Origin: Candidatus Saccharimonadota bacterium
GTDB taxonomy: Bacteria > Patescibacteriota > Gracilibacteria > UBA4473
NCBI GenBank assembly: GCA_965228485.1
Contig: OZ245819.1
Location: 960,001-992,000 of the forward strand
Reading direction: 5' to 3'
Length of the DNA: 32,000 nucleotides
The position numbers and the translations under genes were made by a program. Positions 16,979 to 23,908 of this stretch are shown piece after piece. The stretch's first letter is position 1, and every line of letters starts with the position of its first letter. Below the pieces are notes generated by a model that saw only the letters and a list, made by a program, of their open reading frames with translations, was not told the DNA's origin and ran no database searches.

Positions 16979-18037
16979 CTAATTGAAGTCTGAAGTTACG
17001 GATTCTATCTCAGGAAGTTTGAGTTGTCCTGGTTGAGCTCCGAATTTTTGAATTACAGAAGCAGAGTTGAAGCTTCCCCACGTGATCGCTTCTGAAAGAG
17101 GCTTTTTGTATACTGCTGCAGAAAATACTCCAACAGCAAAAGCATCTCCTGCACCGAGGGTGTCAACGACTGGAACTTCTTGAGGAGGACAGTAAAAGTG
17201 ATGTTTTTTGTTAAAAATCTGAGCGCCTCTTTTTCCATCAGTAATAACAACATTTTTTACCCCAAGTTCTAAAAATCTCTGAGCCAAGGGACGTACGTCG
17301 CAAAGATATTTGGATCGGTGTGCTACATAAGGACATATTTCTTCTCCAAATTTTTCATTATCAAATTCTTCACGTTTATAGACTTTAGCCTTTAGTCCGG
17401 TGAAAGATTCAGCTTCCTCGCAATTGATAAATAAATAGTCAATATGAGGTAATACTGTTAGATAGTGATCTAATCCCTTTTTAAATTGAGTGCTTCCAGG
17501 ATTCCACCCAACGAGTGCTCCATTATTTTTAGCTTTCCATTCAGGTATAGTTTCTATAAGTCCACTGGCACAAACATGACCTATGTAGATTGATTTTGTT
17601 TGAGGAGATTTGAGAAGGGTGTCTCCGTTAAAATTTTCACAAATAGTTCTTCTGTGAAGGACTGTCCGTTCCCCCTCCCATGAATTAAGGATAATAGAGA
17701 AACTTGAAGATTGGTTTTTTGCAAAAGTAATATAGTCGGTACAAATGTTATGTTTTTCTAATTCGCTCATTAAGAATCCACGATAGGATTGATCTCCTAA
17801 AACTCCAAAGGTGGCAGATTTAAGCCCTAATTTTGAAAAACCTACAGCGGTATTAGCCGAGCCTCCGCCACACTGAATTAATGAGTGTTTTGCTTGTATT
17901 TTTGCTCCTAAAGGAACTTTTAGGAATTTGTTTGCATCTTTCTGTTCAAGATCAATAGGTCCATCTTCTGTGAGTGGTATAAAGATGTCTAGTGTTATAG
18001 AACCGAAGGTGAGTACATCAAATTGTTTTTCTGGCAT
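16979..18037 (-). CDS. PfkB-family carbohydrate kinase (ribokinase-like)
   Basis: The GGGSANTA di-Gly region and the C-terminal DTLGAGDAF signature are both present. Confidence 0.85.
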   Translation of the reverse strand: MPEKQFDVLTFGSITLDIFIPLTEDGPIDLEQKDANKFLKVPLGAKIQAKHSLIQCGGGSANTAVGFSKLGLKSATFGVLGDQSYRGFLMSELEKHNICTDYITFAKNQSSSFSIILNSWEGERTVLHRRTICENFNGDTLLKSPQTKSIYIGHVCASGLIETIPEWKAKNNGALVGWNPGSTQFKKGLDHYLTVLPHIDYLFINCEEAESFTGLKAKVYKREEFDNEKFGEEICPYVAHRSKYLCDVRPLAQRFLELGVKNVVITDGKRGAQIFNKKHHFYCPPQEVPVVDTLGAGDAFAVGVFSAAVYKKPLSEAITWGSFNSASVIQKFGAQPGQLKLPEIESVTSDFN

Positions 18038-18043
18038 CCGATA

Positions 18044-18052
18044 ATTCTACCA
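18044..18052 (-). promoter_or_regulatory. Extended -10 TGgTAGAAT, 6 nt upstream of the ATG at 18037
   Basis: The plus strand reads ATTCTACCA at 18044-18052. No SD is present. Confidence 0.5.
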
Positions 18053-18074
18053 TATATGACTTTTATTTACAACT

Positions 18075-18686
18075 TTAGCTATGGGCAAAAACAACAGCCT
18101 GAATGTTTTGTGCACCTGCCTGTTTAAGTATTTTTGCAATGGATTGAAGTGTTGATCCAGAGGTCATGACGTCATCGACCAAAATTACATTTTCAGGTAT
18201 GTTTTTACCTTTCCATGCAAAGGCCGATTGTATGTTTTTTGATCTTAATTCTCGGTTTAATTTAGCCTGTTGTTGTGTATTTTTTATTTTTTTCAAAGAG
18301 TTGATGTCGATTATTAGTTTTGGGTCAATCTTTTTTAGATGTTTCACGATTTCTATACTTTGATTAAACCCTCTTTCGAGTTTTCGTGTCCAGTGGAGTG
18401 GAACGGGGATGATTACACTGTTGGGATGGTGTTTTTGACACTGGAGAATTAAGGGGTGAATTTCTTTCGCTACGATGGATGCACTGTTCTTGAGATTCTT
18501 AAATTTTAAGTTTTCTATTAATATATGAGTATTCCTATGGCGATAGAAGGTTCTAGCTAAGACTCGTTTGAGAGGTTTAATTTCGTATGTGGTCTTATTT
18601 TCAGGAAAATACTGATGCTTAGGGCAAAGCCAGTGACCTTCCTCAAAACATTGCAGGCATCTTTTTGGGAAAAAAGCCTCGAGTAT
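18075..18686 (-). CDS. comF: ComF-family phosphoribosyltransferase-like protein; start codon unresolved
   Basis: ILVDDVMTSGSTL (PRTase loop), PVPLHWTRKLERGFNQ and the N-terminal FFPKRCLQC are ComF hallmarks. The frame is open to about 18890, but the first ATG/GTG/TTG is GTG 18347. ATA 18686 is the best-placed non-canonical candidate. Confidence 0.65.
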   Translation of the reverse strand: MLEAFFPKRCLQCFEEGHWLCPKHQYFPENKTTYEIKPLKRVLARTFYRHRNTHILIENLKFKNLKNSASIVAKEIHPLILQCQKHHPNSVIIPVPLHWTRKLERGFNQSIEIVKHLKKIDPKLIIDINSLKKIKNTQQQAKLNRELRSKNIQSAFAWKGKNIPENVILVDDVMTSGSTLQSIAKILKQAGAQNIQAVVFAHS

Positions 18687-18702
18687 GAAGCCGAGGCTTT
18701 TT
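18670..18702 (-). terminator. Terminator-like hairpin after the pilin-like gene, embedded in the ComF 5' coding region
   Basis: The minus strand reads AAAAAGCCTCG-gcttcatact-CGAGGCTTTTTT, starting 26 nt after the stop at 18728. Confidence 0.5.
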
Positions 18703-18727
18703 GAACCGTATTTTACAGTGTGAGTAC

Positions 18728-19285
18728 TTATTGTTGAACTTCGAATGTTTGTTGTTGTGTACCGTTTACAGGAGCCATAAGTCGACTGATATCGTTTCTT
18801 ACCTTGTCGAAAGATAGGTATTGCATGAAATCGAGACCAAAGACTCTTCCAACGATAATTACAAAAGTAAAACTTAAGAGCGTAACGATGAGTCCGATAA
18901 TCGAATAACGGATGGTATTGATAGCTTGCTTGATTTTCTCATCATTTCCCCCAGAAAGGATGAAAGAAATACCTCCAACAAAGATAAATACAGCGGCTAA
19001 TGCTCCTGCAATAATAAAGGCATAGGCAATCAGTGTTTCAACTAATCCCATCAGAGTGAAGTTTCCCAAAGCGTCGGTGGTAATTAGTGGACCTTGTGAA
19101 GAGCTTAGTGATTGTCCAGTTGCTGTCATACCACTATCAATAGTTGGGTTTATTGGGGTAGTAGCTGTTGGAGTTGTGTTTAGATATTCAACTTGAGGGG
19201 CAACAGGTTGTCCAGGAGCGGTTTCTCCACCAGGTTGGTATTGGTAATCTTCTGGAACCGCTGGTATTACTACATTATCATCCAT
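18728..19285 (-). CDS. T4SS-pilin-like two-TM protein with a Pro/Thr/Gln-rich N-terminal extension
   Basis: The core LIAYAFIIAGALAAVFIFVGGISFILSGGNDEKIKQAINTIRYSIIGLIVTLLSF aligns with the 124-aa protein at 16529. About 75 low-complexity residues precede it and there is no signal peptide. Confidence 0.55.
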   Translation of the reverse strand: MDDNVVIPAVPEDYQYQPGGETAPGQPVAPQVEYLNTTPTATTPINPTIDSGMTATGQSLSSSQGPLITTDALGNFTLMGLVETLIAYAFIIAGALAAVFIFVGGISFILSGGNDEKIKQAINTIRYSIIGLIVTLLSFTFVIIVGRVFGLDFMQYLSFDKVRNDISRLMAPVNGTQQQTFEVQQ

Positions 19286-19368
19286 ATTATAAACAATTTA
19301 AATTCAACTTTTATTGTAAACAGATATGCAAAAATTCAAATATTTTGTGAGATGAAATAAAAAAAAGA

Positions 19369-19400
19369 GCCTTCTTTACAGAGGCTCTTTTGATAAAATT
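19369..19400 (-). terminator. Rho-independent terminator after the KH-domain gene
   Basis: The minus strand reads AAAGAGCCTC-tgtaaagaa-GGCTCTTTTTTTT (AGAGCCT/AGGCTCT stem, 8-T tract). Confidence 0.7.
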
Positions 19401-19424
19401 TGAATCTTTACTCTCTATTCGAGC

Positions 19425-19685
19425 TTATACAGAAGGCTCTAATACTTTCAGATTAATTCTTTCATTTTCTCGCGCTCCAACAATTCGAACCAAAGTTCTA
19501 AGGGCTGAGATTGTTTGACCTTGTTTTCCAATAAGTTTCCCCATATCACTTTCTGCAACAGTGATACTAATAAGAACTCCAAGTTCGTCTTTAGTGCTTT
19601 CAACACCAATGTCTTCTTTGTTTTCACAAATTTGTTCTAGTACGTATCGTACGAAATCAGTAGCGGTTTTAATGCATTCAGACAT
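19425..19685 (-). CDS. khpA: KH-domain RNA-binding protein (KhpA/YlqC, UPF0109)
   Basis: GKLIGKQGQTISALRTLV is a KH GxxG motif. At 86 aa it sits in the conserved position just downstream of rpsP. Confidence 0.85.
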   Translation of the reverse strand: MSECIKTATDFVRYVLEQICENKEDIGVESTKDELGVLISITVAESDMGKLIGKQGQTISALRTLVRIVGARENERINLKVLEPSV

Positions 19686-19732
19686 GATAAATTTTTTTAA
19701 GTGTTTTTAAGGTTTTATTTCTAAAGAAAGAA

Positions 19733-20122
19733 TTATTCTTCAGATTTTTCTTCAGTAGATTCTTCTGCTGGAGCTTCTTCTGGGGCATCAGCAGATTCTT
19801 CTACTGCTTCTGGCTCTTCTTTTGGTGGTTCGGTTTTTTGTGGTTTAGTTGGTCGTGCCTCAATAAACTTTCCAGCTAATTCACATCCATTTTTTGCTAG
19901 AATTCTAGCGGCGCTTTGTGAAACTTGAGCACCATTTTTGATATACTTTTCAACGGCGTCTTTATCAAAGACAAACTCGCCTTCTCCGTTATTGATGATC
20001 GGATTGAAGTAACCAAGTTTAGATACGAACTTTTTAGTCACAGATTTAGATTTTTCAGCTACAACTAAATCAAAAAAAGCTTGTTTTTTTCGTCCACGAC
20101 GAGCAAATCGAATAATTAACAT
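19733..20122 (-). CDS. rpsP: 30S ribosomal protein S16 with an acidic C-terminal tail
   Basis: MLIIRFARRGRKKQAFFDLVVAE is the canonical S16 N-terminus. The C-terminal 40 or so aa are Glu/Pro/Ala-rich. Confidence 0.93.
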   Translation of the reverse strand: MLIIRFARRGRKKQAFFDLVVAEKSKSVTKKFVSKLGYFNPIINNGEGEFVFDKDAVEKYIKNGAQVSQSAARILAKNGCELAGKFIEARPTKPQKTEPPKEEPEAVEESADAPEEAPAEESTEEKSEE

Positions 20123-20185
20123 GAGGCATTTGGTTAAAAGATAATGATTCTGAGTAATAACGCCTAAGTCCCCAAAACCGCCTGG

Positions 20186-20213
20186 ATAGTAGATAAAGTG
20201 TGTTTTCTGTCAA
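20186..20213 (-). promoter_or_regulatory. Promoter TTGACA-16-TACTAT for rpsP, with a leader of about 57 nt
   Basis: The plus strand has TGTCAA at 20208-20213 and ATAGTA at 20186-20191. Confidence 0.5.
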
Positions 20214-20281
20214 ATAAACTTTTGCTAGATTTTTTTCCTATTTTTGTTAAAAATGAACTATAAAAATAATATTATTTGTTC

Positions 20282-22030
20282 ATGTGTGGAATATTTGCTG
20301 TTAGTGGCCCGGACTCAATGGCTGGAAGTATCGTTCTTAAGGGGCTTAAGAAGCTTGAGTATCGAGGTTATGATTCTTGGGGAGTTGCGGTTCGAGATGA
20401 AAATATGGTTTCGGTGGCAAAAGATACAGGAAAAATTTCTGATGTGGATAAAAAATTCCCAGCTTCCCACGAGGCTATTGGACATACTCGTTGGGCAACT
20501 CATGGTGGCGTTACCATTCCAAATGCCCATCCACACCAAGTAGGAAAGGTTACAGTTGTACATAATGGTATTTTTGAAAACTACGCTGAACACAAGAAAC
20601 GATTTATTGCTCAAGGGAAGATTTTTGCTTCAGAAACAGATACGGAAGTTATAGGTTTTCTTATTGAGGAATTTTTAAATCAAGGATTTGGACCAGCTGA
20701 CAGTATTCGTAAGGTGGCAGAGGTTATTGAAGGACGATTCTCTCTTTTGGTAATGTTTCAGGAATTTTCGGGAATATATGCGGCTCGAAGAGGGTCTCCA
20801 CTAATTATTGGAAGATGTGAGACGGAAACATTCATTGCTTCTGATATCCCTGCATTTTTAGAAAAAACTAATGTAGTAAATTATCTAGATGATGATGAAA
20901 TGGTTTTTATTGAAGGCGGGAAAGTTCAGTTTTCAGACTTGAGAACGGGAGATCCTATTGTCAAAAGAGATATTGAGGTGCCTTGGAAAGTTCAAAAAGT
21001 TGATAAAGGAGAGTTTGAGCATTTTATGATTAAAGAAATTTTTGAACAAAAAAGCACCATAAGATCAGCAATTGATCATGATGATGATATGCTTCTGGGA
21101 GCGGTTGAGCTTCTAAAAAAATCTAACGGAACTTATTTAATTGCTTGTGGCACGGCCCACAAGGTTTGTATGGCGGCAGAGTATTTTTTCACAGAAGTCT
21201 CTGGAAGAAAAATTAATGTTTTACCCGCTTCGGAAATGCCTTATTTTGAACGTTTTGTGAATACTCGAACGGCGCTTATGGCCGTTTCTCAGTCAGGAGA
21301 GACGGCTGATATCTTGGAAGTAGTAGAGAGGGCGAAAAAGAAAGGAACCAAGCTATTATCTTTAACTAATGTAGAAAGTAGCTCTGTGGCACGAATGTCA
21401 GATGTTCATATTCCAATTAATGCTGGAGTGGAAAAAGCCGTAGCTTCAACAAAGGCTACAACGGCTCAAATGGCACTGCTTTTTCTATTGGCTCATGCCG
21501 ATAACGGGACTATTAATCAGGGCAGAGAGGTGCTTCGAGACACTGCAGCGAGTATTAATGACATGCTCAATCCTCGTTATGAAGAGCATATTCGTGAGGT
21601 GGCTCAAAAATACTTTGAGTGTCCAAATATGTTTATTATTGGAAGAGGGGCCTTATATCCGATGGCATTAGAGGCAGCTATTAAGATTCAGGAAGTTTCT
21701 TATATTCATGCTCAGGGATTTGCCGCTGGAGAATTAAAACATGGTCCCATTGCTCTGATCGAAGAGGGAGTTCCATGTATGGTTTTGGGAGATGATTTGG
21801 AAACAATTTCTAACGCGGTTGAACTTAAATCTCGGGGGGCAAAAATTATTGGAGTTTCTTCAGAGAGAGCTGATATTTTTGATGACTGGATTAAGGTGCC
21901 AGATGTTAATGGAGCTCAGGCGATTGCTTCTATTATTCCTGTTCAAATTTTTGCTTACCATTTGGCTATTTTGAAGAACTTAGATCCAGATATGCCAAGA
22001 AATTTAGCAAAAAGTGTCACGGTGAAATAG
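20282..22030 (+). CDS. glmS: Glutamine--fructose-6-phosphate aminotransferase
   Basis: The MCGI N-terminus requires the ATG at 20282, not the TTG at 20276. SQSGETAD and two SIS domains are present, and the C-terminus ends in a Lys (SVTVK) instead of the canonical SVTVE. Confidence 0.95.
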   Translation: MCGIFAVSGPDSMAGSIVLKGLKKLEYRGYDSWGVAVRDENMVSVAKDTGKISDVDKKFPASHEAIGHTRWATHGGVTIPNAHPHQVGKVTVVHNGIFENYAEHKKRFIAQGKIFASETDTEVIGFLIEEFLNQGFGPADSIRKVAEVIEGRFSLLVMFQEFSGIYAARRGSPLIIGRCETETFIASDIPAFLEKTNVVNYLDDDEMVFIEGGKVQFSDLRTGDPIVKRDIEVPWKVQKVDKGEFEHFMIKEIFEQKSTIRSAIDHDDDMLLGAVELLKKSNGTYLIACGTAHKVCMAAEYFFTEVSGRKINVLPASEMPYFERFVNTRTALMAVSQSGETADILEVVERAKKKGTKLLSLTNVESSSVARMSDVHIPINAGVEKAVASTKATTAQMALLFLLAHADNGTINQGREVLRDTAASINDMLNPRYEEHIREVAQKYFECPNMFIIGRGALYPMALEAAIKIQEVSYIHAQGFAAGELKHGPIALIEEGVPCMVLGDDLETISNAVELKSRGAKIIGVSSERADIFDDWIKVPDVNGAQAIASIIPVQIFAYHLAILKNLDPDMPRNLAKSVTVK

Positions 22031-22031
22031 C

Positions 22032-22595
22032 TTAGCTTAGTAGAAGTTGAACTCTCTCTTTTAGTTGTTCAAATTCTTTAATTATATCTAAAATTTTTGA
22101 AGCTCTCCTTATCATGACGACATCATTATCAGGTGTGTTTGTAGATAATGAATAGAGTTCTAATTTTTGTAATTCTGGGTGCTGGAGGGCCCTGTATAAT
22201 ACCATGCTAGCCTGTCCAGCAGCTAATCTTACACGATCTCCAACGGGAGAATCGTCTGAAAAACCTTTAGAAAGAGGTTGCTGAGTTATAAATAAGACAT
22301 CAGATTCCTCGTGATAGTGGAAACATAATCTTTCTATGGCTACAGAAAAATCTACGTCCTCAGGTAGAGTTTCCCATCCGTGGCTTGTTGGACTAAAAAA
22401 CATTTCACCACCAGGAACATATCTACCGGGGTTAAATAATATAAGTGCTTGAATGGCTCTTACCATTAAACCTTTATTTTCTTCTGTTAACTTCGTCCGA
22501 GCCTCTTCTATTGTTTCAGGGAGTATTTTTGAAGCGGTTTGTAGAAGTTTGCTATCAGGGCTATCTATAATCTCTAGTGTGGAAATTTGTTTCAT
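22032..22595 (-). CDS. Hypothetical 187-aa protein
   Basis: An ORF only. A TTGACA-17-TATTTA promoter-like element ends 9 nt upstream of its ATG. Confidence 0.45.
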   Translation of the reverse strand: MKQISTLEIIDSPDSKLLQTASKILPETIEEARTKLTEENKGLMVRAIQALILFNPGRYVPGGEMFFSPTSHGWETLPEDVDFSVAIERLCFHYHEESDVLFITQQPLSKGFSDDSPVGDRVRLAAGQASMVLYRALQHPELQKLELYSLSTNTPDNDVVMIRRASKILDIIKEFEQLKERVQLLLS

Positions 22596-22637
22596 TTTAT
22601 TATCCTAAATAAACACTTTCGCTCTTCTTGTCAATGC

Positions 22638-22664
22638 TTAGCACTCTCAAAAAAAGACTGCTAA
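22638..22664. promoter_or_regulatory. CIRCE-like inverted repeat (HrcA operator)
   Basis: TTAGCACTC-N9-GACTGCTAA compared with the consensus TTAGCACTC-N9-GAGTGCTAA gives 17/18 matches. It lies 62 nt upstream of the htpX ATG. Confidence 0.55.
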
Positions 22665-22725
22665 TTTCTTGCGAAAATTGCATGAATTGGTAATTCTTAT
22701 TCTGACATTTTTAATAAAAATTATA

Positions 22726-23613
22726 ATGACTTGGTTTAAACGAATATTTCTATTCATTCTCACAAATGTAGCGGTTATCGCAGTATTGATGACTATTACC
22801 TCTGTTTTTGGAATAGAGCCATACTTGACTCCTTATGGACTGAATCTTGTATCGCTTGCTATCTATGCCGCAATCATTGGTTTTACAGGAGCTTTAATTT
22901 CATTGTTTCTGTCTAAGACGATTGCGAAGTGGACTGCTGGAGTAAAAATTATTGATACTCCCAATAATAGTGATGAAACTTTTTTGATGAATTCTGTTAA
23001 GCAATTGTCTAATCAGGCTGGACTTGGGATGCCAGAAGTGGGAATTTATGACTCTTCAGAGATCAATGCCTTTGCAACAGGTTGGAATCGAAACAATGCT
23101 CTTATCGCCGTTTCTTCTGGTCTTTTAAACCAGATGTCTCAGGATGAAGTTGAAGGTGTTTTGGCTCATGAAATGGCTCATATTAGAAATGGAGATATGG
23201 TCACAATGACCTTGATTCAAGGGGTAGTAAATACGTTCGTTATTTTTGCAGCACGAGTCGCAGCTTATGCGGTTATGAAAGCAATGGATAAAGAGGAAGT
23301 GGGAGGACTTGTTTACTGGGTTGTTTCTATTGTATTCGAAATAACTTTTGGAATTCTTGCTTCAACGATCGTCTTTGCGTTTTCTCGTTGGAGAGAGTTT
23401 GGAGCCGATTATGGAGGAGCGAGCTTGGCTGGGAAACAAAAGATGATGAAAGCTTTGCAGTTTTTGGAAAAACATCAGCAATCTATTGATTCCCGACATA
23501 AAAACCTTGCTACAATGAAAATTTCTGATCGTCCTGGATTTATGGCTCTATTTGCGAGCCATCCACCGTTGGGAAAAAGAATTCAAGCATTACAACAGGC
23601 TCCAATTAGTTAG
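22726..23613 (+). CDS. htpX: Membrane zinc protease HtpX (M48 family)
   Basis: HEMAHIRNGD (HExxH), TM helices, and an N-terminus MTWFKRIFLFILTNVAV like other HtpX proteins. The ORF track start at 22669 was trimmed. Confidence 0.9.
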   Translation: MTWFKRIFLFILTNVAVIAVLMTITSVFGIEPYLTPYGLNLVSLAIYAAIIGFTGALISLFLSKTIAKWTAGVKIIDTPNNSDETFLMNSVKQLSNQAGLGMPEVGIYDSSEINAFATGWNRNNALIAVSSGLLNQMSQDEVEGVLAHEMAHIRNGDMVTMTLIQGVVNTFVIFAARVAAYAVMKAMDKEEVGGLVYWVVSIVFEITFGILASTIVFAFSRWREFGADYGGASLAGKQKMMKALQFLEKHQQSIDSRHKNLATMKISDRPGFMALFASHPPLGKRIQALQQAPIS

Positions 23614-23658
23614 GACGGTTGAAAATACAGATGGAGTTAGTAACTTCTTCGATGAGGT

Positions 23659-23732
23659 GATCCCGTAGTTTAATGGAAGAACATCGGTTTGCGGAGCCGA
23701 CGATCCAGGTTCGATCCCTGGCGGGGTCACCA
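23659..23732 (+). tRNA. tRNA-Arg, anticodon GCG (23691-23693), with encoded CCA
   Basis: Hand-folded cloverleaf. The acceptor is GATCCCG/CGGGGTC (U3:G70 wobble) and the D arm GTTT/GAAC has a GG loop and A20. The anticodon arm is TCGGT-TTGCGGA-GCCGA and the T arm is CCAGG-TTCGATC-CCTGG. Discriminator A precedes CCA. Length 74 nt. Confidence 0.85.
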
Positions 23733-23818
23733 GAATTTTAGATCGAACCTACTGAGGTTCGCCTATAAGCCCAAATTTTTAATTTGGTGCTGAAAGCTTC
23801 GTTTTCTTTGAAAAAGAA

Positions 23819-23838
23819 GATCCCTGGTGGGGTCACCA
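23819..23838 (+). repeat. Direct repeat of the tRNA-Arg 3' end (19/20 identical to 23713-23732)
   Basis: GATCCCTGGtGGGGTCACCA compared with GATCCCTGGcGGGGTCACCA. Similar A/T-rich flanks follow both copies. Confidence 0.8.
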
Positions 23839-23908
23839 AGATTTTTTTCAATAATAACTTCAATTTAGTTTGATTATTGGTTATATAAACAATGTAAACT
23901 CATTTTTT

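Noticed and set aside
18643-18660. RF2-like +1 programmed frameshift (ATG CCT GCA ATG TTT TGA G) as the ComF initiation route
   Set aside because: A slip on TTT-T before TGA would enter the ComF frame. It would bypass the conserved FFPKRCLQC element, which is encoded in-frame just upstream, so the conserved frame argues for initiation further upstream.
20123-20281. Possible glmS ribozyme upstream of glmS
   Set aside because: The 159-bp AT-rich spacer shows none of the conserved glmS ribozyme core or pseudoknot segments that I can recognise. It is largely occupied by the divergent rpsP promoter and leader, and a -10-like box sits 6 nt before the glmS ATG.
20244-20614. ORFs 20244..20543 (+) and 20315..20614 (-) overlapping the glmS 5' end
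   Set aside because: They are out of frame with or antisense to glmS, whose MCGI start and full-length conservation explain the region.
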